Counted from the stretch's first letter, positions 1-13,130 are shown. The stretch: DNA of 64,000 nucleotides from Tubulanus polymorphus (GCF_964204645.1 NC_134028.1:17677653-17741652), one strand, 5' to 3'. Notes: generated by a model not told the origin, from the letters alone. Made by a program: numbers and translations.

Positions 1-7
1 ACTTATT

Positions 8-1219
8 ATGGAACTTAATCCTTCGGAACTGCTCGTTTATAAAATTCCGTCTATACGCTTGTCTTGTGATAAATCAGAAAAACAACTTAAAGGCTGCAAT
101 TTTTGTATGCTACATATTCCATGTCTGTGTCGAGTTCACACTCAGGCTTTACAACTTAGACCGCGCTTAAATGCTTGTCGTCCTAAATCTAACATAACTA
201 AGATTCATCCGATCAATTTAGCAGTCATACAATCTTTTTTCGACAAAACGCTACATCAGACTATTTATGCTAATACGCGATACGATAAACCTATGGTGTT
301 CACACCTCCCGAGTTTAATATTTACAATCATTCAATGACTTCGCTGCTAGCTAATGATAAATCTGAACACTTGAGTCTGAAACGTATAGCCAAAGCTATA
401 AACTCGGATAATAATATATACAAAACTTTAGCTGACTCCTTCGCCTCAGGTGACATTGCTATAGACATGTCTGGTCAGGGCTGGGACACTTACATCGCTT
501 CGGCAGCGCTTGGTTGCGTCGGTGTTTTATTTTTGATTGTAGTCTACCAGCAGTTCCGGTTACGATCCATGGTCACGGCCATAGCTGTTCTACAAAATTT
601 TCATTCGGCTAAAGCGGCCACAGATATTCCTGAATTTCACTTCAAAGGTCGAGTAATTGAAACCACTTCTAACACTCTTGCTATAGATGTACACACTCTT
701 GTTCAATATGCGCTTTATGGCCTGTGTGCACTTTTGCTACTGATTGGTATTATTACGGTTATTCGGAAACTGCATATGACATTTATATATAGACCTCATA
801 CTACGCTTGTCTTAGAGTTGTCAAATACGTCATCTTGTATACATATTCCTATATTGAATTTTGAACTTTGTCCTACTTTCCTACATATTACCACACCGAA
901 AATAACCGATCTAACAGTCTCTAGCGGCCCTAATTATAAACTGCTTGCGGTCTGGAGTAATTTCTTGGTACAAAACAGAATCAATGATATCGTTTACGCC
1001 GTTCCTACTAAGTTGCGCCTATCATTCTTTCAAGCCCTCCACGCGCGCCGTATCATTAATTCGAAAGTTACGTTTTCAGCTCACTTTGTCCTTATTCATC
1101 AGAATAGATCTATCCTATTATCTAGCCCTCCGCTAACAGATAAGCATGTCATATCTGAATTATGGCAGGATACCAATACACCGCGCCAGCGTCATCAAAT
1201 TTTAGGCGAAGTGGTTTAG
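8..1219 (+). CDS. Envelope-like membrane protein of an LTR retroelement (5'-partial; frame is open to the window edge)
   Basis: Intronless 403-aa ORF with a Cys cluster (CNFCMLHIPCLC) and two hydrophobic segments (ASAALGCVGVLFLIVVY; YALYGLCALLLLIGIITVI). It lies upstream of a polypurine tract and LTR, the usual env position. Confidence 0.7.
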   Translation: MELNPSELLVYKIPSIRLSCDKSEKQLKGCNFCMLHIPCLCRVHTQALQLRPRLNACRPKSNITKIHPINLAVIQSFFDKTLHQTIYANTRYDKPMVFTPPEFNIYNHSMTSLLANDKSEHLSLKRIAKAINSDNNIYKTLADSFASGDIAIDMSGQGWDTYIASAALGCVGVLFLIVVYQQFRLRSMVTAIAVLQNFHSAKAATDIPEFHFKGRVIETTSNTLAIDVHTLVQYALYGLCALLLLIGIITVIRKLHMTFIYRPHTTLVLELSNTSSCIHIPILNFELCPTFLHITTPKITDLTVSSGPNYKLLAVWSNFLVQNRINDIVYAVPTKLRLSFFQALHARRIINSKVTFSAHFVLIHQNRSILLSSPPLTDKHVISELWQDTNTPRQRHQILGEVV

Positions 1220-1957
1220 TCGAAATTTACAAGTAACATACTTAGTTGATGTATATATACTGCTCCACACGTATGTTAGATCTCATTGTTATTACTTTAT
1301 TATGACATCGTGTTATTTCAAAATTATTCTGTATGTTTATGTCAATTGATGCATGGTCCATGTACTAGAATGTTAAACGATTAATGTGACTATGGTAACG
1401 AAATGTATGACTTTGTGTTATTAAATAATAATATGTGTATTTATCTTTAGCTACAAGGTACTGAATGAAATCAAACGTATAACAAATGAATGATATACAA
1501 TAATATCTCATTATGTCAAACAGAAAAACTTCTTCTGTCAGTACAGTACTTGTAATTTCAGTATTGCGCTATTTGTTTCCGATACTGACCAAAATAATAT
1601 GCTAATTACTACGTATGTATGTTAATAGGCTCCTAAGAAGCCACGGCAACAGTATAGCCACTAGTAGCTACAATGTTTATGATATCTTGTTCATTAATAC
1701 ATGTATAAATATTAAATATGGGGTTAGTTTCTTTTAAAAAAAAAAAAATATTATATACGTCTTACGCATTATGTTATTGGCATTTTTAAATCAATTGCTT
1801 TCTTTTCACTTGTATATTTTGCATGTTTATCCTTATGGTTCTTTCATGGTATATTTGCGTTCAGCGTGTTCGCGTAATGTTGTGTTCGCTATAAACTTTT
1901 CACATATAATGTTCATTTTTTCTTCGCGCTTTCGGGGACGAAAACCAAAGATATACT

Positions 1958-2563
1958 AGGGGAGGATATAACAAGCTCAATTTTACTAATTCATTTCTAT
2001 ACGTTATTCATCAATTATATATGTTACATACATCATATTGGACATAGTTTTAATCAGCGTTAGTTCAGCTTTCTAATTATGATGACAATTTCCTTGAATT
2101 ATTATTTTTTAGAAAGTGTATTTCTTTCAAGTTACATCTAGTATAAAGCGTATATAACTTTATGACATCTGTCCTTTGTTTTAAAAGAGAGACGAACTGT
2201 CTGGACACATATTGTTCACAGCTCGACAAAACTAGTCGAGCAAATCTTTAAGACAATACGTTGATAATTACTCCAAATGTTTGGTGCTCACAAACTAACA
2301 CAACACAGATCGCCAGGGTAACGAGACCCTTAGCCAATGAGATTTTGAGTATGTGCCCTGATCCAAGGGGACGGGCCAAAACCATCAAGGTTGAGAACTG
2401 TCCGAAAATGGTCAGTTTCATCTGATGGTTCAATAAACTAACATTGCTTCTCCTCTCGGAATTTCAGGTGTTTATGTGTTTCTTTGGTTGTCGCTCTACT
2501 TAGCTAGAATTCCCCTATCACAAGTGATACTAAGAAAGTCACAAATATATTCACGACGTTACA
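1958..2563 (+). mobile_element. Polypurine tract (1958-1966) and 3' LTR (1967-2563) of the env-bearing retroelement
   Basis: AGGGGAGGA is followed directly by TATAAC...GTTACA (inverted termini, TG apparently mutated to TA). TATA-like sequence at ~2142-2157 and AATAAA at 2432. Confidence 0.7.
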
Positions 2564-3638
2564 GCAGCCACAATGCAGCAAAGTACTTACTGCTTACGAA
2601 AACTATCGCAAAGGAGACGTTTTCTTGTTACAGAACTAGATCCATTAGGTAAGCCAAACTCTGAGCAGCACTAGTCTCCTGTTTTCTACCCTGGCAGTTC
2701 TTTTATATCTCTTATATTCTCTGCATTTTCCAGCGTCAGATTCAGAGTGTCCCAGCAACAGGGAAACTGCCCAAAGCTCTAGCAATGGTATGTATGAATG
2801 TTAGTTTGTTCATGGTACATTTAGTATTCTACTGCTGTACCTGTAAATTCTGTATTCTTTTTTCAACTTTTTTTTATAGTGAGTTCAGTGAAAGACTCAG
2901 ACTTGTCACCAGACATGGGCGATGGCTTTGCTGTATTACCAAGCGATGAACCAACCTGCCAGTAAACGTTAGTGAACCTTCGATCGATGCTGTATTACTC
3001 AGTGATGCCCTGCCAGTGAACGTCAGTGAACCTTCAATCGATGCTGTATTACCAAGCGATGCCCTGCCAGTGAACGCCGTGAATTATCTACAAGTCAGTC
3101 AGTTATGTTGGAAAAAGTCGGTGGACGAGTTGAAGATATTGTTTCAAAACTTATAAATTTGGATTCGAGAATAAAAGGAAGGTGTGGTGCTGGTATTGTC
3201 TTGGTTGACAGCATTCTCGTGCGGTTTGCTGAGATGTATAACTTGAGAGTTACAGACTGTCAAAAAGCTGAAGGTAATTGATGATAAAATATTTAATAAT
3301 ACTTGTGTTAGAACTTAATCATATTTGACATAATAAAAAATTAATTTTTATGATTTAATTTATTCTTTAGAGGATAAAGGAGTGAGTGAATGTACGAGAA
3401 AGCAGACTACTGTTTCAAAAGACAAGTCTGGAGAATCTCCGACTGTTTTAAATGATGCTACTGCTAGTAAGTGCTTTGAATTCCGGATTAAATGGCTTTC
3501 CTGTGTTCATATGTAATTAGTCTCATGAATTTCATTTCAATTCCATTTAGAAACCTCTAATTTGGAGCTTAGCGATGTGAAACTTCCGCCAAGAATGCCT
3601 ACGCGTGGTAGGCCTAAAGGTGCGGTATCGACTGTAAT

Positions 3639-3852
3639 AATAATTTATTTTCGTAAACCGGTTACGAGGTGCAAGCCAACAGGCTGTACATAAAATTAAG
3701 GCGCTGGAACCTTGTGCAGAGTGCAGGGGAATGTGCAGTGATACTTATAAATAATGCTATTAATAATCTTAATGCTAACAATAATAATTATGCTAATCAA
3801 TAATAATAATAATAATAATGCTAACAATAATAATACATGTAATGCTAATCAA

Positions 3853-3888
<36 letters not shown>

Positions 3889-5073
3889 AAATTCTAATAA
3901 TGATGACAACAATAACTTATACAAATACAAATACAATGATAATCATAATTACGGCAATATACTATAACCATTAATATTTCAGTAATTTAGGTAAAGATAC
4001 TCATAATGATAATAATAATAGTAATAATAATAATAATGATAATAATAATAATAGTAATAATAATAATAATGATTGATTAATAATAATAATAATAATAATG
4101 ATTGATTACAAATATGGAGAAAGCAAATGCCACAGATAATAATGATTACAAAGATAGATAGTCTAGTATAGCGGTCTAGTCAAGTTTAGTTAAGACTAAA
4201 CACATACCAAGTTTTTCCTCAACGGGAGATGAATAATTACGCGTATTTCAGTAATATTTGTGTTTTAAATTGGAATGATAGTGAATTTATGCTGGTGGAT
4301 GAACGGATAACATTCGGAGTATTTCGCCAAATACTAGGCATCTGAGCTAAGAAAGATTTACTGGATAATTTGGATTTATGGAAAGCAGCTCTCGCATAGT
4401 TAAACTGTCTGGTATTGTGGGAGTGGAAGTTAAAATTATGATGAAATAAATTTAGCAGTGGAGATGGGAGTTATGAGTGTATTGAAATCCTAATTTGATA
4501 CTTTCCAGTTGAATCAGATCATGGAATTTAAGTATTTTATATTTTTTGAAAATAGGACCTGTTGGGGCGTTATAAGCTGAGTTTTCGATGAGTCTTAGTG
4601 CTTTTATTCTGAATAGTAAAGAGCCTTTTGGATTGACTAGATGATAACAATGGCCCCCACGCAATAAGTGCATACGTTAGGTGACTTTGGATATAGCTTA
4701 TATATAACAGTTTTTTAGTCCAGCAGGGAATGAGATTTTTTAAGCTTCTTAAAAGATATAAATTTTTGTTTAATTTGTTGATTAATTGTTTTACATGAGG
4801 TTCCCAATTTAGACGATCATCAATTAGCAAACCAAGAAATTTAGTAGAGTTTACCATTTCAAGAGAGTGTTTTCCAAATGCTATTTTGTATAATGATTTG
4901 TCAATGGTTTTATCTTTTGAAAAAAGTAAGCACTTTGTCTTATCTATGTTAAGAGTGAGTTTATTTGAGTTTTTAACCAGTCAATGATAATATTGAGATC
5001 AATTTTAGCATTATGCAATAGTGAATTCATATGTTTGTTGGAAATAAGTAAGTTAGTATCATCTGCAAAGGAA
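3639..5073 (-). mobile_element. 5'-truncated non-LTR retrotransposon (CR1/L2-group) RT C-terminus with (ATT)n-rich tail
   Basis: Minus-strand fragments SFADDTNLL, KFLGLLIDDRLNW and HLTYALIAWG, with frameshifts. (AAT)n tract at ~3750-4145 on +. Degenerate TSD candidate ACTGTAAT (3631) / ATTGTCAT (5074). Confidence 0.8.
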
Positions 5074-6319
5074 ATTGTCATTGGTCTTCCGGTGAAACCA
5101 GATAAAAAACACGTTTCTGAATGTAGCCCCATCGGACAAAGAAAAAGGTAACTGGATATTTTCCGTAAGATTTTGAAAAAATCTGCATGTTGCATGGTAT
5201 TTATTTCATTCAGCTATTTGTTTGTATCTTTTGCCGCAATTCTTGCTATGATAGTGAACGAAAACATGATCCCTAACATTATGCAAGGAAGGTTGATAAC
5301 GACAGCTGACATCGATGAAGAAAATGTGTCGTTAAAAATAACCGATGATACTGTTACTCTGTCTCGAGTTAAATGCTACTTTTAAGAACGTGCATTTGTG
5401 AAACTGTTGAAACTACAAGATAAATTGAGAAAGAAAGAAGATGAATGGTTGTGTGTCACATGTAAAAAAACTATGTGAATGAACAGTCAGTTCGTTGTGA
5501 TAGGTGTCTGGAATGGTTTCACATCTCGTGTGTTGGAATGTCTTCACTAACCAAAAAATAACTTGGATATGTCGAAGTTGTTGTGATTGAACTGTAGTAC
5601 TTAGTAATGAAAATATTATGAAAATGATGTTCGATTTCTCGATGTAAATATCTTAAGTTTGAATCTATTATCGTATAATCTATTATTACACTGTGCAATT
5701 TAGACTAAGAACTGCTGTTTTATGTTACATGTAAACATACAGTATGTATTTTGTTTCTTGAAATTAAATATTTTTTATACATATACATAATAATTTGCTG
5801 TTAACCATGCTTATACTTGAATGAGAAACATGTTTTGTAAATATTTGAGTTTTCGATGTAAATAAGTTTAATCTGCACTGTGCAATTTAGGACTGCTGTT
5901 TTATGCTATGAATTTCGTTTCTAGTATTTTGATTATTGAAATGAATTTTCTTGTCTTTAAATACACCTGCTTTCTTGAGTTTTTAGAAAATATTGAAGTT
6001 TCAATCTATTTGAAAACTGTGCAATTTAGTTTAATAACTGCTGTGTTATGCTACATGTATTTTGTCTCTTGAAATTAAATATTTTCTTTAAAACTGCTGT
6101 CCTTCACTTAATGAACAATTGTATTGAAATTAATTATCTGAGTTTTCAATGTAAATATTAAGTGTTTTTAGAGTTATATATATATATATATGTGTCAGTT
6201 TAATCTTGTCAGTCGACCTCCTCCACGGGTGCCTTCAAATACGATCTCCCTTCAAAATTAAAAATCCCTAAGCATCATCGGTTCCGTCAATATTAAGCGC
6301 TAGTCGTCAGTTAAAACAC

Positions 6320-6605
6320 GTCCGTCAGAATAGTTTAATGAACTGCCCGGACGGATCCATCAAAATAGTCACTGCTACGTATTCGTACGGAATTCGTCAG
6401 AATAGTTCGGACGGGTACGTCAGAATAGCCGCCGGTGTTATTCGTACGGCTTTTAGTCAAAACCAGTTCCGTCAGAATAGCTCGGACGGGTCCGTCAGAA
6501 TAGCCGCCGGTGTTATTTGTACGGCTTTCAGTCAAAACCAGTTCAGTCAGAATAGCTCGGACGGGTCCGTCAGAATAGCCACAGCGTTTTATTTTACCGG
6601 GTCCC
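6320..6605. repeat. Subterminal tandem repeats (~69-bp units containing CCGTCAGAATAG) at the Mutator-like end
   Basis: About seven copies of (C)GTCAGAATAG, with two near-identical longer units. Confidence 0.75.
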
Positions 6606-6860
6606 TAAACGTTAGATTGTTTGCATCTGGCCAGAAATGAGAAACGAGGTGTCTTTTTCGATCTCACTCAGTTCTTTCTAATTGGTACAATGTATCACGT
6701 TGCCCTTGTTTCTTATTTCCTTAAAGACATGTACTATTCAAGTAGCTAAAGCACATGCACCAAATAAACAAGTAAACCTATAAAGTACTATATGTTTCTT
6801 TTTCACTTTACATGCATTCTTTCTAAGCAGGTTTAGACGGCTCCTCTATGAATTTTCTCG

Positions 6861-6963
6861 TTATGATAACACGGTTGATGTAAATATATTCTGTAATATT
6901 TTTGGTAATGTCTCGGTGTCCATACAAACAAATCCCTTTCCAGACGGAAGATTCTTCACCAAA
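6861..6963 (-). CDS. VWA8: VWA8 terminal coding exon (LVKNLPSGKGFVCMDTETLPKILQNIFTSTVLS*)
   Basis: AG acceptor at 6965-6964, phase matches the previous exon, TAA stop. Resembles the VWA8 C-terminus. Confidence 0.9.
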
Positions 6964-6978
6964 CTGCAAGGAATTATG

Positions 6979-6980
<2 letters not shown>

Positions 6981-7048
<68 letters not shown>
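6981..7048. repeat. (AT)34 microsatellite
   Basis: Perfect dinucleotide run. Confidence 0.98.
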
Positions 7049-7051
<3 letters not shown>

Positions 7052-7531
7052 GTTTTGACAAAATGTTCAAATTCCAATTCATTTCACGAAAAGCTCATGA
7101 CAGGTTGGTTATACGCAGTGATTGAAAAAAAAAACAATGAAATTTACTACAGTCACCTCCTGATATACTGCCCTCCCATATACCGCCATCCCGGTCTACA
7201 GCCAGGTGTTCTCAATGTACATCTCTATACAAATACATAGGAAAACAACCCTTTTATACCGCCATACTCTCGTTCTGCACCGATGCTGGTGGTATATCAG
7301 CATAAACATTTACAATTTATAAAGATATACGCCTAATTCTTATTTCAAAGACTCTACGCACTTGCCATTAATTTTTATCACGGCGGCACTATGGAACGCC
7401 ATACTAGCAAACACTACACGTCGAATTTTAACTATGTATTCGCAGCGTTCGCAACAAAGCAAGAGTCATAATGAGATTTAGCGCTATATAAAAATTTTAT
7501 TTTATTAGTTTTATTATTATTATCAGCGTAT

Positions 7532-7715
7532 AACCAACTCACAATCTTACGAAGTTAGTTTTGAAATTCTATAACAAGATGCATTTTTCAACAGTTACTG
7601 TAAATTTTTTAGTCATGCCATCATCGTTCACAAGGTGGCGCTGAGGTGAATTATTTCTACTGAAAAACGCTTCTTGGTCAACTCAAAACTAACTTCGTAA
7701 GATTGTGAGTTGGTT
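7532..7715. mobile_element. Small MITE-like element with ~32-bp perfect inverted repeats
   Basis: AACCAACTCACAATCTTACGAAGTTAGTTTTGA ... TCAAAACTAACTTCGTAAGATTGTGAGTTGGTT. Confidence 0.7.
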
Positions 7716-8664
7716 CTATGATTCCGAAAACCTTGTTCAAATTCGATATAGAATTTTTGCCAGGATGGCATTGCATACGGTGTGCAGTTGTTACAATCAT
7801 TTAGAATGTTAGAATCATTTGCAGTTCCCAGCGAAACTTAAACTAGTGGGGCGCACTTTTCATATACATACACGTAGCTAGCACGGTGTGGAGCATTAAT
7901 ATACATAACAGCGCATGTGTTTTATTTTAACAGCGCATGTGTTAAATTTAGTTCCAACAACAAATAAATAACTAGATTAATAAATAAGCAACGCGTTCTG
8001 ATGAAATTCAATAGGGTAATAGATTTTATGACTGCATAGAATGTTTTGAAAGTTCGTACAGCAGGGTTCGTAAAGATCAGGGAAAACTGGGGAAAATCAG
8101 GGAATTCAGAATTTTTTTCCCTGCAGGGAAAATCAGGGTACCTAGGCTTTTTCCTTTGAAATCAGGGAAAAGTCAGGGAATTTCAGATTCTAAGAAATAG
8201 AAAATTTTCTGAATACCATTGCTTTGGTATCTGCTGCTATATGCTCTTAGCAGTATGCAGTGTTGCAGTGTGTTCGGTACCAGTTTACAATTATCCAGGT
8301 ATTAATGCCAGAGGTATAAATACCATAGGTAATAATGCCAGAAGTAAAAAAGGAAAAATCACGCGTAGAAATGCCAGAAGGAAATATTAGGAAAATTTAG
8401 TGAAGAATTTATTAACATCGAACCTGAAAATTCTTATTTACACTAGATTTTACGTAATGAATGCACAGTTTAGAACATATTCCGGCCTATGAAAAATAAA
8501 AAAGAGTGAATGACAAATTTGTAAAATAAAGAGAATCACAAATCTATAAAATAAAGTCTAACATAAGAAATTCATTAAAATTATTGATATTTTCATTTTG
8601 AGATCATTGGAAATTAGAAAATTAACACATATTCTTATATAATTGTAATAAAAAAGGGAACATG

Positions 8665-9009
8665 ATAAAACCTGGAAGTAAGACGGTAGACGATACCGTG
8701 GGTTCATGTGAACACCTGCTGATTTCTGCGGGCTAAGCCAATCATAGAGGAGTCTTTGCTTTCTGATTGGCTTTTCATAACCAATATTTTTGCGATCAGA
8801 TATTCCCGAAAAAGCTCATATCAAATTTAACGAGGCCCTCTTTCAAAATTCAGCTACGTAGAGTTTGGAGAATGGATAATGCTCTAATGAATGATTTGTA
8901 TGAATATATGCTCAGTTGCACAGTAAAAGAGCCTTTACTCTGGAAACCATGTCATTTCAGTTCGCTCCATTTGTATAGTAATAGGCTCAGCCTACGGCTA
9001 GCCTAAAAA
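8665..9009 (-). repeat. Dispersed Helentron/HINE-like repeat family B; other copies at ~19695-19890, 58490-58832, 59120-59190, 59840-60087
   Basis: Copies share GACGATACCG...CACCTGCTGAT...AGCCAATCA...TGATTGGCT. Complete copies end in TATAGTAATAGGCTCAGCCTACGGCT next to an A-run. Confidence 0.6.
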
Positions 9010-9439
9010 CATTTTTAAAAAGTCGGAATTCCCATTAAAGTCAGAAGATTGGGAACCCTGGTCATGAGTACATACCTTCAAGAAGACGATTAAAAATACG
9101 TGTCAAAATACATGTTTAAAATAAGTGTCAGGGCGAATTCAGGCGGCTTGAGGAGTAATAGGCAGGGCGGATACGGGTGGCTTGAATGCTAATGGGTTTG
9201 TTACGCAGTACTAGCGTGTATTTTTGACGTATTATATTTCACCGATCACAGTTTCACGGGTGATCAACCATGTATATTATTGTGTATATAAACCTTTTCC
9301 TGCAATTAAGTGGGGTTCAGTTTTCGTTTGTAGTTTTCAGTTTTCGAGTTATTTTTATGCCTTTGGAGGATCTACAGTCCCAGGTCATTTTCCGTATGAC
9401 AGGGTTAACTCACAACTGAGGAATTAGAAAATTACTTAC

Positions 9440-9678
9440 TGATTAGCTTGTTTTCCGAGGGAACCTACGAATATAACGAAAGCATTCACGTCTTCATCTG
9501 CTGTTAAAATTTGTGCGAAGTGAGTAGGTTCAATTCCATATCTGTCTAAATTTGCATCGCTGAGTACAATAACAAACTTCTCATCAGCAAATTCTTTAGA
9601 TACACTGTGAATGGCATGTTTAGTGGCATGTAGTGTATGATCACCACTCATACAGAACTGTGAATGAGCATGCATTGT
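9440..9678 (-). CDS. VWA8: VWA8 exon (TMHAHSQFCMSGDHTL...IVLSDANLDRYGI...GSLGKQAN)
   Basis: Conserved VWA8 VWA-domain peptide; AG and GT boundaries, phase 0 in and 2 out. Confidence 0.95.
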
Positions 9679-10149
9679 CTGAAAAACAGAAAAAATCTTG
9701 ACATTTAAGTTTGAATATTTTCTTGACACCAGCCATTAAGAATTTTTCAATGAATTGTTTAAAGGTTTTTTAACAAAAACAAACACCACTGCACTTTTCC
9801 AATCAGCAAAATAATTCAAATTTCAACTTAGTCAAAAACTGGACTTGCTCATCCATATAGCATACATATCACCGTGTAAATACATGTTTTGGGATAAAGG
9901 GTCACAGGGAGGAAAGTTGCCAGAGAATATAAATAAGAAAAATTAAAAATCACCACCAAAATGTATAAAAAAAATAACTTGTAGTTTTTTGTTACACGGA
10001 TCAAGATGTGTAATGATAAAGACTCCTCTGTCCTGAATTATGTTCTTTGAATTATGTTTGCGTTTATTCTGTAAGCCACCTTCATGCCTGACCAGGTGTT
10101 ATATATTGCGTATCTCGAGTCGAACTACGTGTCTGTCCCACCAATAGCA

Positions 10150-10870
10150 AGTAGGGAATGACCCCTGCAGACCCTGATCTTTGGAATCAAAAATGATGAG
10201 TTGTATCCAGGGGTAACCATACTGTGAAAAAGCATTGTCCTGCTATGAATGGTTCTTTATAAGAATTGATTTTACAAGGTTTTGGACAAAAACCTCTAGT
10301 AACCTTGACCTTTGAACTCCAATATTACTTAGGCATTTTGAGGGGTAATTATAATTGTCCAGCTTTCAATGTTTATTTATAAATCACCTTTAAAAGTTTT
10401 CTGGCAAATTACGTCAACTGACTTTGACCTTTTACCCTTCTCCCCAAAATCAATAGGGCACATCCTCTCCCTAGGGATAACACGCTATGTAATATCATTG
10501 TCCTGCTACCAACACTTCTTTTTGAATCACGTTCACAAAGTTTCATATGAATGACCTGTAGTGACCTTGACGTTCAATCCTTGGACCCCAAAATCAATAG
10601 GGCAATCCTCTCCCTGGGAGTAATCATACCATGTAATATCAATGTCCTGCAATGAATAGTTGTTCCTGAATCATGTTCACAAGTTTCACATGAATGACCT
10701 CTAGTGACCTTGACCTTTGATCCTTGGACCCCAAAATCCTCCTCTCCATCGGGTTATCAAACCATGTAATATCATTGCCGCTATCAACGGTTGTTGAAAT
10801 ATCACAAGCAGAAACAGACGGACAGATGGAGGCGGATACCAACTCTGCCGCACGGGGAACATGAATTAAG
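10150..10870 (-). repeat. Non-autonomous repeat with tandem GACCTTGACCTTTGA-containing units and a GACGGACAGA microsatellite (HINE-like family C)
   Basis: About four diverged ~135-145-bp units, then a GACG/GACA microsatellite near the end. Confidence 0.5.
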
Positions 10871-11723
10871 TTTAGATCAGTCTTATGAACATGAAATCAT
10901 ATGGGTTTATTCATCCGTGAATATATTCCTCCAGAATTCAGGAAATGGGTACCTCGAGCCAAGAACAGAACAACACCAGAGAACACTAGACAGTGATCTC
11001 AGAAATCCTACAGCAAATCCGCAGAAATTTCGGATGTTACAAACAGTGATCCCACAGGGCCTTCAGCAAATCTGCAGAAATTTCGGAGGTTACGAAAAAA
11101 TAAGTAGAAAATTGAACAAAATAGCCCCGGAATTACAGCAAAGCACCCACGAAGTGGGGGGAGCTCGGGGCGGCTGTCTCCTCTCGAAGCTAGAGAAGTT
11201 TTTTTAGAGGGTGTCACTAAACCTAAGACCCGTTAGGTCTTAGGGGATGGTATGGTAGCTTTATGGTAGCTTTAAAATTATATATAACATTATCATTCAA
11301 TATTACAAATATATGATAACATTTGTACATACAAAAAGTGATAAGAAAATAAATAATTTTGATTTTACAGCAAGGATACTTCAGAAAGCTTTAAGCTTGA
11401 AAATACGAAGCACCTTAAAAAAAGAGATAAGAAAACAAATAAATTGCCCATGGGCAAAGTTTGGTTTACCTTGAAAGCTAGAGGTTGTTTGGAGTAAGGG
11501 CATTGCTTGAAAAATCTTTTTAATTCGTGACTTCAAAGTTTCACAAGTTTATATTGTATTCTATCTTTCTTAAAGAATTATTTTGTAGTCAAATAAGACC
11601 AAAGATATACATTTGTTTGCGGTCCACGTCCAAAATTTTGTAGGGTACAAATAGGCGCAGCAGGGAAACTATTTTATATCTTCAAAAAAATATGTTTCAC
11701 AATATGAAAAAATATTCAAATAA

Positions 11724-12274
11724 GGCCATCCCAAAATAATTGTCTGTTTGCCGCAACACCGACTCAATTTTTCAGGATGAGTAGGTAGAAATTTTTTTTT
11801 GCAAAATTTTTGGGAAAAAAAACAAATTTTTCACCTTTGGGCTTTTTTACATGGAAACAATATTGCAAAAAAATCATATACGTTGTGCACGGGAAATTTG
11901 TCTAATAGCGTAGATTTCAAGAATTATTCTAAAATTATAACTTCGTCCAGAGCGTCATCTCTGTGTTAAAAATGAAACAGTACATTGAATATGTGCGCGC
12001 TTTTACGTTACCAGCTTTAATATAGTCACTATTAGAATGAATGACAGCTTATTGGAACTCGCCAGTTTCCTGGAAACTTAAACTAGGCCACATGTCAAGG
12101 CATATTTTCATACGATGCACACTAAAATTCAAACATACGTAGCTCATAGTCGGTCGGCCGTTTTTATCAAAAATAAAATTCATTTCAATGAACCCCAGAA
12201 AAAAGTTTTCACTCGGTACCTCTGAAGTTGGGTTGGTCGGGTTACGGCAAACAGACCATTATTTTGGGATGGCC
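11724..12274. mobile_element. PIF/Harbinger (Tourist-like) MITE
   Basis: TIR GGCCATCCCAAAATAAT...ATTATTTTGGGATGGCC, flanked by TAA on both sides (11721-11723 and 12275-12277). Confidence 0.85.
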
Positions 12275-12509
12275 TAAAATTCATATGATGTCACATATCA
12301 GAGGGTGGCTGAATATTGGGTCTTGGAAACCTCTTCCAATGTTGGCCACGGAAGCTAAAATACCGGTACAGAAGAAATCGGCTATTATATCGTTCTAAAT
12401 CCTGGAATTTACCACTACAATATTCAGACCTCGACAGACCTTATAGTTTGCTGCTTAGTATTATCAGGTCACAAGAAATTACAATTTATTACAAATTCTA
12501 TCGAACAGA

Positions 12510-13130
12510 AAACACAGCGCTCATCTTCTGCTACAATTATTCAGCCTATTATCATGTTAAACGTGCACGCGTTACAGCATCACCCTTAGTAGTGTACTGT
12601 ACGAGCTTGTGTGTGTGTGGTGTAGCACTCCGCGTGCATGTGGAGGCCTCGTGTAAGTGAATATTCGCTTACACCTCAATGTCAATCAGCACAATCACCG
12701 GGTATTAAAATGAAACAATACCTATGGCAGATGAGTGAAATAATTACATCCTCACCAGCAATGAGCATTCGAAATCCGCACGTATACGGCACCTAGTCCA
12801 ATGAAACGTACGCCATTCTATTTTAGTAGCACTGGAATTCCCCGTACATCCCAAAAAAGCCAATCCCATTCGCTCGTAGAGACAACGCCCCCCAATCGAG
12901 GTCATTGCAATTTTATACGCGAGAGCTAAGAATTTTCCCGCCAAAAACAGTTTTTCGTAGAATTTTAACTCAGTTGACCATGTCATCGACAGAGGTTCGC
13001 CATGTCTTCAATCGCATCGATTATACGTCGTTTAAGCCGAGAACCAATGAAACCAATACTCACATCAAAAAACGTACCGCGATTTTACATGAATTGGCTC
13101 AATGCCAACATCATATCGCTGACAAAGGTA
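12510..13130 (+). repeat. Dispersed repeat, similar copy at ~62810-63450
   Basis: Long matching blocks, including the duplicated spurious ORFs MQFYTRELRIFPPKT. 11430-11487 also matches 62750-62808. Confidence 0.85.

Larger units (their letters stand above)
2564..6605 (+). mobile_element. Degenerate Mutator/MULE-like DNA transposon, 3' part (spliced C-terminal exons, PHD finger, terminal repeat array)
   Basis: KLPPRMPTRGRPKGAVST (3580-3633) rejoins VIGLPVKP (5077-) once the LINE is removed. Frameshifted PHD finger (WLCVTC...CDRCLEWFHISCVG...CRSC) at ~5445-5590. Terminal array of CCGTCAGAATAG ends ...TTTTACCGGGTCCC. Confidence 0.55.

Noticed and set aside
6335-7082. Repetitive ORFs (6335-6640 and YIYI-rich 6823-7077)
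   Set aside because: These are translations of tandem repeats; only 6861-6963 is a real exon.
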